From Protoeuglena noctilucae (taxonomy: Eukaryota): a stretch of DNA of 64,000 nt. Made by a program: the position numbers and the translations under genes. The DNA lies in assembly GCA_958009085.1 (NCBI GenBank), contig OY253670.1, positions 1,550,001 through 1,614,000 on the forward strand, written 5' to 3'. Numbering within the stretch: the stretch's first letter is position 1; each line of letters begins with the position of its first letter. The notes below the pieces were generated by a model. That model saw nothing but the letters and a program-made list of their open reading frames with translations, was not told the DNA's origin and did no database searches. Positions 50,384-59,208 of the stretch are shown here, one piece after another.

Positions 50384-50567
50384 TTTCTCGAGGACATCGA
50401 AGTCAGTCTCGTCGTGCTCGGATATCCAAATATTTTATGCCGTATCGTAAATGGTTCGTTTGCGCTGCTTTTCGTTCTTGCGTTGTCTACGTGCGTGTTT
50501 TTGTTGAGCAATTCTCTCAGCTCGCGCGACTTGCTGGCGGATGGTACGGGCTTTGGGCATACCATGT

Positions 50568-50593
50568 TGGAGAAAAATCTTTACGGCGTTTTT
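50568..50593 (-). promoter_or_regulatory. Second start-proximal motif AAAAACRCYGTAAAGMTTTT (putative viral promoter)
   Basis: It recurs before ATGs at 62409 and 62912, and the core recurs before 45858. Confidence 0.6.
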
Positions 50594-50648
50594 GGCCGCG
50601 CCTGGAACCGATGGGGCCTTCGCCCCGTATTTTTTCCAAAGTTTTCGT

Positions 50649-50960
50649 ATGGAGCTGAAGATAACCAAAGCGACCGCAAAAGGAAAGAAGTATCGAGCTG
50701 AATTCCTGAGAGCTGGAGACCATCGGCCTATGGCCACCGTCAACTTTGGGGCAGAAAATTATCAGGACTATACCCAACACCATGACACTAAGCGTCGCGA
50801 GGCGTATCGCGCGAGACATAAAAATGACCGAATTGATGACCCCATGACTCCAGGAGCTTTGTCGTGGTACATACTTTGGGGTGATTCGACGAGCATGGAA
50901 AAGAATGCCAAAGCCTTTGCCAAGAAATTTAATTTAAAGCTAATGCCTCTTGGGTTTTGA
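50649..50960 (+). CDS. Tlr6F-like conserved PLV/virophage protein
   Basis: KKYRA..VNFGAENYQDYTQHHDTKRREAYRARH..TPGALSWYILWG pattern. Confidence 0.8.
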   Translation: MELKITKATAKGKKYRAEFLRAGDHRPMATVNFGAENYQDYTQHHDTKRREAYRARHKNDRIDDPMTPGALSWYILWGDSTSMEKNAKAFAKKFNLKLMPLGF

Positions 50961-51131
50961 CTCCTTAGCAAGAACGGTGTTTACATAAAACTGTGCCTTC
51001 CGTTTCATGATGTCCCCGTATGTCGAGTTTTTCGCCAGTACGGCCTTCGCAAACTTCTTGAGGTCCGCTTCGCCATCCTTCTTTTTAAACCCGTATTTTT
51101 TCGCAGCAGCAGTAAACGTGCCTTCCTTCAT
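50940..51131 (-). CDS. Small basic hypothetical viral protein
   Basis: MKEGTFTAAAKK..LKKFAKAVL..KRKAQFYVN. It is preceded by the TTTTCAAAAGTTATAC-ATG motif shared with other viral genes. Confidence 0.65.
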   Translation of the reverse strand: MKEGTFTAAAKKYGFKKKDGEADLKKFAKAVLAKNSTYGDIMKRKAQFYVNTVLAKESKPKRH

Positions 51132-51220
51132 GTATAACTTTTGAAAACGAATGTCGCCGTAGGCGCCTGCAGGGGTTAAAGGGGGCAGCGGCGGAGCCGC
51201 GACGCACGTAGTGCTGCCCC

Positions 51221-54200
51221 CTAATTGATGAAGTCTGTGCTCATGAGAACGCACCCGATGTGGATGGTGTCTATCTGATACCCAGAATTGCTATTCACAA
51301 TGCTAATATAAGGGGGATTGCCTGACCCGTCGGGACTGATAAGCTTCACATCCTGTGGCCAACTAATGTTGCCCGATGTGAATATCTGATACACCCACTT
51401 AGCGATAACGCTTGGCCCGCTGTTGGGGAAACTGAGCGATGGACTTGAGCTATATTGTAGGTACGTGAGTAGACTGATATACAGGTAATCATTGAGTTGA
51501 TTTCTGACATAAACAGTATTGTTATCTGGGGAAATCTTCACGATTCCTTCACACATATAAATATTACCCACGGCGTCTTGACCAGAGCCATACGCGTATA
51601 TCTTCCATATGCCCGCTGACAAGTTGCTCAAGTCGTTGACAGGGAAGCTGACATAATTGCCGTTCACCGGCACATCCAGTCTGTAATACTTATTCTTCAG
51701 CAGTCCTTGGAGAATGTTGAGGTACTTCACGTTAAGCTGGGTACACCTGAATGTCCCCTCACAAGCAGCTGCGAGTCCTACAGACGAGGTATTAAAAACG
51801 CTCAGTTTCGAAGTAAAATTCCCAGCTGAGTCTTTGACACCGAGGTTTACCTGTGCCGGTCCATACGTACTCGAACAGTCAATATTAAGCTGCCCTCCTA
51901 CTGTCTGGTCAATCCCATACGAGTCTCCAGCAGCATATGTCTTGACTAACATGGCTGGGTTATTTGCAGTGTACGTGATTGGCGTGGCTGTTGTGAAGTT
52001 TCCGTTAACCGTCAAGGCTTGGGTAGTCGTACTCGAGTTGCATGTGACCGTGCTGTCAAAGTTGACACTTCCGTTAAATATTAGAGACCCAGACAGCGTA
52101 GCATTAGAATTGACATTTAGGAACCCGCCGTTAGACAACGAAGTGGACAAGGCATTAATTTGCGCTTGAACGTCTGATGTAAGTCCTTGACAATAAACGA
52201 TATAGCTTGGCAAATTGCTTATGTCCGTCCAGGGGAGCGTTCCCGACAAACTCCCGGACACTGTCAGTCCACCTGTAATCGTACAGCCTCCCGCATTTAC
52301 CCCTAAGATTTCCGTGCCATTGTTTTGGAAACTCGCTATCTGTGCCCCACCGTTCGTATTATTCGCCGTGAAAACCCTGGCTGTAGAACTTGCCGTGACA
52401 CCCGTGGCGGCGTCCGAGCGCATGAACTGGCTCGCGTTGAGGCCCTGTAGCGTACTCGCGTCGCCGACGGATGTGACCGTTTGGGTCGTGGTTGTATTGT
52501 ACACGATGTTATTGACGAGGTCAACGGTACTGAAGTCAGGGGTCCAAGCGTCATTGACATAGTAGTACTGAACCACATTGAGCCCTGTTGTCGGAGTGGG
52601 GATGGTTCGGACATTGTTCCCCGAATTGTTCTGCTCGGTGATTTCGTATACAAGGTTCGGCTGGAGAATCAAAGTCTTCTGGAGATAATTTCCCGTACTT
52701 GGATTCGGTAGCGGCAGCGTGGCCTGCATGGCCTGGTTATTGTACCCCCATGTGACCAAATACGGTTGAGTCGTGTTCGTTGTCCAAGCATCTGGGTCTG
52801 TCGTTAATCCTACGGAGTAATTCCCGTTTCCGTCCGAAATGAGTACACTCGACTGGTCAGTGGTCAGAAAACCGCTGAAGTATAGGTACCCGTTTTTAGC
52901 ACGCATGCTGTAGTCTGAGATAGTTAAGTGGCCAGTGTTGACGCTGAACGGAATCATTGTATATTGCCACTTTCCCGTGGAAGTGTTCAAGATAAATAAA
53001 GGGTTTTCTGTTCTTGTAGTTCCGAGTGTAGGATTCGTCACGAGGGACGTTGTCCCGTCCATATTGTGCATGGCACTGCCCGTCACAGCTGTACCGGTAG
53101 AGTAAATATCGAGATACATCAGACTGTTTTTGGAATCGTACCACATGCGCCTATTGGCTGCGCCATAAAACGTCGTTTGGAGACCGTAAGCATTGAACGC
53201 AGACACGAACTTAAGCACGGTTCCAGTAGGCGTTATATTTAAGATGTATCCAGAATACGTGTAATTATTCGTAGCTGTGACGCCATTGACAGTAAGGCTT
53301 GAGTTCGTGCTTTGAAAACATACCCATAGATTCGTCCCATCGCTTTCGAGTTGAGGGAAATCGGTCCCGCCTACATTCACCTGGACTAAAGTCCGGACGA
53401 AGTTGCCAGCCGCGTCGTACATTAGAACCACGTTGTCATTCCCATTGAGTGTGATAGAGTTCCCAGAGCTTGCGTTCGTCGAAAGGTTATTAATCGTCAA
53501 TGTCACCGGTGAAGTACTAAGAGCCACCCACATGCCGATGTATAAATTATTCGAACTGTCCACCGCATAGCCTCCGAGGTACAGATTTTGACTGGTAGAA
53601 GTCAAGGCTATGGGATTGGCCATAACTTTAGTCCCACCAGTCTCATTGACTGCTATAATCGCCGTGTTGTATCCACCTCCAGCCGGCAGATACAGCTGGT
53701 TTGGGGAGGAGGAATTTCCTTGACTGGAACATATGGTGGTAATTCCCACCAGTGCGTTGCTACCCCATAACATTTGTGCCGATTTGTACCAGTATTGAGA
53801 ACTCGTACCTCCCGTAGTGTATACAGTATTATATGAAAGTAAAGCGCCAGTTGTAGGGTCATGGACGGTATACATGGTGAAATCTAAGTACGTTGTATAT
53901 TGGTTCGAAGCCACCAATGTAGTCCCGTTATAGATATTAACACCAGCGTTTGCCTGAATGTAGAAGAAGGCCATGATGTTGCCGCTCGGCATAACCACGA
54001 GCCCGTCGAACTCGATAGCAGTAGTAGTCGGGGATTGAACAGGCGCACAAGCCCATCGGAATTGTCCTGTAGCTGTGTAGCTGACAATGTAAGCCGTTCC
54101 ATACGTGTTATTGATGTTTGACAGCCGGAAGCTCGTCTGTGTTCCATCGAGATTCGTGATATACGTGTTAGGCGTGTTCTTGTTGTTGAAGTTCATATTC

Positions 54201-54595
54201 GCGTATATGTTGAGACTCGAGTCCGTGTCGATGTACGCCAGGCCTCCATGAGTTTGATCGGTGACGGGATTGGGCGCTGTCTGACATATCCCGTAAAGAT
54301 TTGGTTTGAACCCTACTGGTTGAGTAATTCCAGGGGCGAAGTAGGTGTCTTGTGTCAAACTTAACGTGGCGTTGTTTGTCGTAATCGTTTCTACGTCCAA
54401 ACTTTGGACACCTGATAGAATCGTTCCAGTTGATAAATGTCGGATACTCGGAGCAGTTCCGTTGTCCGTATATGCCTGGGAACTCGGAAGCCATCTGTCA
54501 TACGCACTGTCGTGTACCAACACGTCTCCATTGGAAGCGTTTGGGGTCGAAAGTTCTTCTTGAAATGTCCGGTACCATGAACCGTTCCAACTCAT
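51221..54595 (-). CDS. Large fibre/receptor-binding-like virion protein
   Basis: About 1120 aa, rich in T/N/S/G. Propeller-like repeats (IDTDSSLNIY, AVDSSNNLYIG, SDGTNLWV) and a tail-fibre-like motif GDASTLQGLNASQFMRSD. Confidence 0.7.
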   Translation of the reverse strand: MSWNGSWYRTFQEELSTPNASNGDVLVHDSAYDRWLPSSQAYTDNGTAPSIRHLSTGTILSGVQSLDVETITTNNATLSLTQDTYFAPGITQPVGFKPNLYGICQTAPNPVTDQTHGGLAYIDTDSSLNIYANMNFNNKNTPNTYITNLDGTQTSFRLSNINNTYGTAYIVSYTATGQFRWACAPVQSPTTTAIEFDGLVVMPSGNIMAFFYIQANAGVNIYNGTTLVASNQYTTYLDFTMYTVHDPTTGALLSYNTVYTTGGTSSQYWYKSAQMLWGSNALVGITTICSSQGNSSSPNQLYLPAGGGYNTAIIAVNETGGTKVMANPIALTSTSQNLYLGGYAVDSSNNLYIGMWVALSTSPVTLTINNLSTNASSGNSITLNGNDNVVLMYDAAGNFVRTLVQVNVGGTDFPQLESDGTNLWVCFQSTNSSLTVNGVTATNNYTYSGYILNITPTGTVLKFVSAFNAYGLQTTFYGAANRRMWYDSKNSLMYLDIYSTGTAVTGSAMHNMDGTTSLVTNPTLGTTRTENPLFILNTSTGKWQYTMIPFSVNTGHLTISDYSMRAKNGYLYFSGFLTTDQSSVLISDGNGNYSVGLTTDPDAWTTNTTQPYLVTWGYNNQAMQATLPLPNPSTGNYLQKTLILQPNLVYEITEQNNSGNNVRTIPTPTTGLNVVQYYYVNDAWTPDFSTVDLVNNIVYNTTTTQTVTSVGDASTLQGLNASQFMRSDAATGVTASSTARVFTANNTNGGAQIASFQNNGTEILGVNAGGCTITGGLTVSGSLSGTLPWTDISNLPSYIVYCQGLTSDVQAQINALSTSLSNGGFLNVNSNATLSGSLIFNGSVNFDSTVTCNSSTTTQALTVNGNFTTATPITYTANNPAMLVKTYAAGDSYGIDQTVGGQLNIDCSSTYGPAQVNLGVKDSAGNFTSKLSVFNTSSVGLAAACEGTFRCTQLNVKYLNILQGLLKNKYYRLDVPVNGNYVSFPVNDLSNLSAGIWKIYAYGSGQDAVGNIYMCEGIVKISPDNNTVYVRNQLNDYLYISLLTYLQYSSSPSLSFPNSGPSVIAKWVYQIFTSGNISWPQDVKLISPDGSGNPPYISIVNSNSGYQIDTIHIGCVLMSTDFIN

Positions 54596-54682
54596 ACATG
54601 AGCTTAGAAAACACTTCATGAAAGAGCCACCCGGAGGGGCGTCCCCCTCGTCGCAAGCTCTTCCATGAATTTTTAAAGCTGT

Positions 54683-55093
54683 ATGAGTATGGAATCAGTT
54701 GCACAGACACCGACCATTGACCGCCACCACCACACGTACCGCGTCGTGGTCAGGTTCCCAGCAAACACCAACACCGCGACCGTACACTTTCGACCCATCA
54801 ACCGGTCTGCTCCGAGCAACACCCCCTGGGCCGTCATCGTGGAAGAAACACCCGGCCTCCCCACCGACTGCTTTGTGTCTTGCTCTGATATAGTGCAGTA
54901 CCATACGATAGATTCCGCCACGGACCAACCCACGCAGGTCATCGGAAGCTTTAAGAATCAACCTGGAAACCCCATCCCTATCAACCCAGTAAGCGACACG
55001 TATATGACGTTTAACCTGACCACCGTTGATACTGGAGTAGCGTACACTACGTCCCACTCGGGCTGCGCTGTAGTGCTTCGATTCTTGTCTTAG
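54683..55093 (+). CDS. Hypothetical beta-rich viral protein (possibly penton-like)
   Basis: 136-aa ORF with beta-strand periodicity. Confidence 0.6.
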   Translation: MSMESVAQTPTIDRHHHTYRVVVRFPANTNTATVHFRPINRSAPSNTPWAVIVEETPGLPTDCFVSCSDIVQYHTIDSATDQPTQVIGSFKNQPGNPIPINPVSDTYMTFNLTTVDTGVAYTTSHSGCAVVLRFLS

Positions 55094-55143
55094 GGGGCAG
55101 CGGCCCGTCGCGCCTGCGGCGCTTTTTTTTTGGAAGCTATTGT

Positions 55144-55608
55144 ATGATTAGCCTCAAGAATCCCGACGCCGCCGAGGGGCACAACCAAGACGTAGAACCA
55201 CCGAGCAGCGGCGGAGCCGCGACGCACGTAGTGCTGCCCACAAAGGACGATACTGCGGCCGCAGGGGGGTCCAAGGGGGCCCCTTACCATAGACTTGCTA
55301 ACTTGCAGAAAGCAAGAGAGGCAGTCGCGCTCAGGAAGCAGGCGAAGCAGGAGGAGCAGTCTCGTCTTCAGTCCCTTAAGGAGCGTGAAAAAACACTCAA
55401 GGACCTTGAATATCAAGTGAAAGAGCAAGAACTTGCTACCCGCGAAAAGGAATTGCTCGCGAAACTGAATACTCTCAACGCTTATGATTCCCACGTAGTT
55501 CAGAGAGCCGACCCTTTGATTCACGATAGACGCGTGAATGAAGTGAAACGCGAGATTGAGACCGCTCGGAAGACTAATAACGTACGGGGGCTAATTTCCT
55601 ATTTCTAA
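55144..55608 (+). CDS. Coiled-coil hypothetical viral protein
   Basis: LANLQKAREAVALRKQAKQEEQ.. heptad-like pattern. The N-terminus includes hairpin-derived sequence. Confidence 0.7.
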   Translation: MISLKNPDAAEGHNQDVEPPSSGGAATHVVLPTKDDTAAAGGSKGAPYHRLANLQKAREAVALRKQAKQEEQSRLQSLKEREKTLKDLEYQVKEQELATREKELLAKLNTLNAYDSHVVQRADPLIHDRRVNEVKREIETARKTNNVRGLISYF

Positions 55609-56523
55609 TTTCCGATTTCCGAATTCGAACCCTTTGTTCAGGTTTATCCTGAATCTCGTGTCTTCTGGTTCATGAAGTAGTCCAACAAAGCAGTTATGAA
55701 TATTATTCGACACTGCTTCGACCCACATTTTTTCGAATTCCGTCGGCGTCACGGCGTGTCCGCACAGAGTCTCCGAGAGGTCTTTTCTGATTTTCGGATA
55801 ACTGCACCTGAAAAGAGCGAACATATTCACCATGGCGCGCAACGAAGGTGGAATCGTCTGTGTCCAGGATTGGCTCGAAACAAACACACTGCATCTTCTG
55901 TGCCGGAGCGTCGTAATAAAGCGATTGAACCCGTGATTCATGTGCGTGCTGTACACTTCCGAATTGCCAAGCATATCGTCACACACGAGGCAAAATGTCG
56001 GTTTTCCCAAGGGGTATTTTTCAGGAGGCAGAAATTCGAATCTTTCGAGAAGCAGGATTTCATCCGGTTCGAACCTTCCCTGCAAATCGGTATATTTATA
56101 TCCGGATTCCTTTAAGACCTTCATGTATCGTTTCCAAACGCTGATATATTTCTGAGTCAGCTGCCAGTCTTCCAGTTTGGTGTCTATAAACGTCTCGATA
56201 TCGTGCAGGGGGAAATCTGTGCTATAAAAGACATCTTGCAGGTATCCGTCTTCCAACGCTTTTGACAGCACGTGCTTGACCTTAGCGTCTCGCGTCGACG
56301 TGCTACTGCACCAAAACACGTAGTCATACGTGCGGGTCCTGAAGTATTTGTCGAGATAATTTAACAAGAACGTTGTTTTCCCGGTGCCTATCGAACCAAC
56401 GATGTACCCGAATTGGAACTGATTCCCGACACCAACAGCAGGGAGTCCTTTAGGCGCTTTCCGGGGGTTTTCTACGTCATCAGGTATCATTCGAATTTCC
56501 AAGTCACCAGCTATGTCTCTCAT
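55591..56523 (-). CDS. A32-like (FtsK/HerA) genome packaging ATPase
   Basis: Walker A GSIGTGKTT, Walker B LVCDDM, LRHRRCSVFVSSQ and IPPSLRAMVN. Confidence 0.92.
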   Translation of the reverse strand: MRDIAGDLEIRMIPDDVENPRKAPKGLPAVGVGNQFQFGYIVGSIGTGKTTFLLNYLDKYFRTRTYDYVFWCSSTSTRDAKVKHVLSKALEDGYLQDVFYSTDFPLHDIETFIDTKLEDWQLTQKYISVWKRYMKVLKESGYKYTDLQGRFEPDEILLLERFEFLPPEKYPLGKPTFCLVCDDMLGNSEVYSTHMNHGFNRFITTLRHRRCSVFVSSQSWTQTIPPSLRAMVNMFALFRCSYPKIRKDLSETLCGHAVTPTEFEKMWVEAVSNNIHNCFVGLLHEPEDTRFRINLNKGFEFGNRKLEIGN

Positions 56524-56632
56524 AACCTTTTTACAAAAAAGGTTGACCAAAAATGGGGGGACTGCGTCCCCATCGGGCTATGCCCTACACCCCCGCGGCG
56601 CTATGTTTTGTTAACTTTTTCAAAAGTTATAT

Positions 56633-56851
56633 ATGATACTCGAGGACCTCGTGGACGCCATCGTTAACAAGTACAGCAACTTAGATCACCTCATTGCAAC
56701 CGCTCTTGTACGCCAATGGGCCCGAGACGCTAATGTAGAGCTTGTTTCAAAGTTCAAAGTGCCGGAAGTTCAGGGTGATGACGAAGTTAGTGTTAGGGAG
56801 CAACAGAGTTCCGTCACTATCAGTGAGGTAGATACCGATGCAGTTGAGTGA
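56633..56851 (+). CDS. Small hypothetical viral protein
   Basis: 72-aa ORF directly after the TAACTTTTTCAAAAGTTA motif. It overlaps the 3' end of the penton gene on the opposite strand. Confidence 0.55.
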   Translation: MILEDLVDAIVNKYSNLDHLIATALVRQWARDANVELVSKFKVPEVQGDDEVSVREQQSSVTISEVDTDAVE

Positions 56852-57454
56852 ATTCGTTTCTTCATCGACAATCAGATGTGCGTCATCTTGCCTTCCATTG
56901 AAAACTATACCCTGACTATTTTTATCAGCCGAGATTGGTATCTCGGTTAACACGTCCCCTCTATCAACCCCTCCCATAGCGATAGAGGAATAACTTCTCC
57001 TAACGAAATTTGCATGAACCAGAATACTGGTCGTCCAGTTCAATAAAGGTGCCTTCTGTGCCTCTATAATAGTGCCCGCGGGTATCGTCAATTGTGTCGA
57101 GACCCCCAGCAACGGACTTGCAGATATGACTACACTCGAAAGCAGTGACGTATTTCTGAAAGACAGTCGATTACTTGCCGTGTTGTATTCGCAAAACAAA
57201 TAGGATAATGTGTTATTAGATATCCATGTCGCAAGGTCTTGACACGTAGCCTGGGTCATGTCAGGCACCGCATAAGTGACACCTTGAACTATGATGCTCT
57301 GAGGAAGTACATTTTTGCTGAAATCAATCTCGTTCATCGCGAAGGCCGCGCACCAACCTATCAAAGTCTTGGACTTGGTGAATTTCGGAACACTCCAAGT
57401 GTAATACCCTCCCGTGACAGTCGCGTCTTCCGAGCGCAGTCTGAGTCGCCACAT
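56747..57454 (-). CDS. Minor capsid protein (penton, single jelly roll)
   Basis: L.LRSED start, YNTASNRLSF, SILVHANFV, VLTEIPIS and IGIYLTDSDGTLL..FVITLNF, a pattern typical of PLV pentons. Located next to the ATPase. Confidence 0.78.
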   Translation of the reverse strand: MWRLRLRSEDATVTGGYYTWSVPKFTKSKTLIGWCAAFAMNEIDFSKNVLPQSIIVQGVTYAVPDMTQATCQDLATWISNNTLSYLFCEYNTASNRLSFRNTSLLSSVVISASPLLGVSTQLTIPAGTIIEAQKAPLLNWTTSILVHANFVRRSYSSIAMGGVDRGDVLTEIPISADKNSQGIVFNGRQDDAHLIVDEETNSLNCIGIYLTDSDGTLLLPNTNFVITLNFRHFEL

Positions 57455-57470
57455 ACAAATCTTTAGAAAG

Positions 57471-57501
57471 TTTTGTTAACTTTTTCAAAAGTTATATATA
57501 T
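57471..57501 (+). promoter_or_regulatory. Palindromic AT-rich start-proximal motif TAACTTTTTCAAAAGTTA (putative viral promoter)
   Basis: The same motif precedes ATGs at 56633, 57502 and 61085, with variants before 51131 and 56523. Confidence 0.65.
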
Positions 57502-59208
57502 ATGCCTCCCCAAGAAATACGCGTAAGTGCACAAAGCAACCTACAACCGTTTGACAGAGAAGACCTCGTGGAGCTATGGAATGATTTTGAAAAATCAAAC
57601 CCTGCGCTCATGAAGGCATTAAAAAATGCTTATCCAGGCAATGATAAATTTTGGACGAAGGGCGAGTGGCCAAGGGATAAGATGTACGCCCTTGTAGACA
57701 TTTTCAAGAGCATCGATTTAACCATAGGTCCAGACACAGACGCAAATTTCAACGTGTTGAAGAATCGGATTTATGACCTGCGGACATCAGCGTATTGTAA
57801 AAAAAATTCCAAAAAAATAGCTACAGAAAACAAACAGGTAACTTATACACGTCCTTTCAAAGGTGGTAATAGGTTTGTCGGTTACTGTATGCCGAAGGCT
57901 ACTGAAGGATTAGACGATGCAAGACAACAATTTGACGATTTTAGAAGACAACTTATTAACGAAGCCGTCGCAACCCCATTAGATATTGGGACTGCATCCG
58001 AGACTCAGATTGACCAAACACAAGCACAAGGGTCCACGTCGTATGCCGAAGGCGCTGGTAGCGCCGCCGGCGCTGGTACCGGTAGCGCCGAAGGTGCTGG
58101 GGGTGCCGGCGAAGTGGACTTAACAGACGACGACCGAAACGATATAGCTGCTTTCAACGTCAAGCTCAAGCAGTCAAATCCGGCGCTTTTCGATGAATTC
58201 GACGCCGACCGTAAAAGCCGAACGCGAGAAGACGACCCCTATCCTTGGATTCGGCTGATAAAAACTCTGCCCCCCAATGACCCCCTTTTAAAACCAGCTA
58301 CAACCATCTTGAATCGGCTGATGGGGTTGACCGTATCTGCACAAAATTCAAACACGATTACATCCACCGTTGAGATGATGTATAAGCGTCCATTCAGTCA
58401 GACGAGTCATCCAGTCGTTTACTTTGGGAAAACGAATGATATCTTTGATAAAAAGATGAACGATTTTAAGGTTCAGTTAGACAAAGAACAACATTACCCG
58501 CCTCAATCCAGAGCAGACCAATCGCCTGATTTGAAAGAGGGAGACACCCAGCCCAAGAAGGAAGACATCGACGCTTATAACGCGTTCATTCAACGGCTCG
58601 GAAACATCGACAGTGTCGTTTTGGCTCAGTTCACGTATGACATAAATAACAATATCGCATACGTAGCGCCTTGGCTCAAGTTGTCCAGGACTTTCAAGAA
58701 GTATCCTCAGTTTAACGATCTACAAGGATTTTTGACCGTACTAATGACACGCATGAAGCAATTGACCGCATCTAAACAGTTCTTCGATGAGGGGGTTAAG
58801 AACCTCATCGGGTACTCGACGACATACCCGATAGCTGGAGGGAATCTATCAGGTTATTACTATTGCAAGGACGGAAACCCAGAACTCATGGATGCAAAGA
58901 TAAGCAATATCACGCTTAATGCGACACTGCAACTCTCTGGAATCTATCAAATAGGGGGCGGAGCCCCCTCAGACCCCCAAATGGGCCCATCAACTTCGGC
59001 CACATACCCCAACCAAGCAGGGGGGACGAACGGGGTTGGACAAACGGGGGGCAGCGGCGCAGCCCAGGGGGGGTTGGGGGGCGCAGCCCCCCTGTATAAC
59101 ATATCCGGACCAGACCCCATGGCTATGACCATCCCGCTACTCGGACGCCCCTTGAGGTGCACCCGTGGGCAAAATGCTTATATGTGCTATAAATATGATG
59201 GGTCTTGA
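57502..59208 (+). CDS. Hypothetical viral protein with three diverged internal repeats
   Basis: 568 aa with three ~120-aa units separated by low-complexity linkers. Confidence 0.8.
   Translation: MPPQEIRVSAQSNLQPFDREDLVELWNDFEKSNPALMKALKNAYPGNDKFWTKGEWPRDKMYALVDIFKSIDLTIGPDTDANFNVLKNRIYDLRTSAYCKKNSKKIATENKQVTYTRPFKGGNRFVGYCMPKATEGLDDARQQFDDFRRQLINEAVATPLDIGTASETQIDQTQAQGSTSYAEGAGSAAGAGTGSAEGAGGAGEVDLTDDDRNDIAAFNVKLKQSNPALFDEFDADRKSRTREDDPYPWIRLIKTLPPNDPLLKPATTILNRLMGLTVSAQNSNTITSTVEMMYKRPFSQTSHPVVYFGKTNDIFDKKMNDFKVQLDKEQHYPPQSRADQSPDLKEGDTQPKKEDIDAYNAFIQRLGNIDSVVLAQFTYDINNNIAYVAPWLKLSRTFKKYPQFNDLQGFLTVLMTRMKQLTASKQFFDEGVKNLIGYSTTYPIAGGNLSGYYYCKDGNPELMDAKISNITLNATLQLSGIYQIGGGAPSDPQMGPSTSATYPNQAGGTNGVGQTGGSGAAQGGLGGAAPLYNISGPDPMAMTIPLLGRPLRCTRGQNAYMCYKYDGS

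Noticed and set aside
50435..50437. Alternative genetic code (TAA=Gln) to explain the in-frame stop
   Set aside because: Many viral genes end at TAA or TAG at sensible positions, and long ORFs show no other internal stops.
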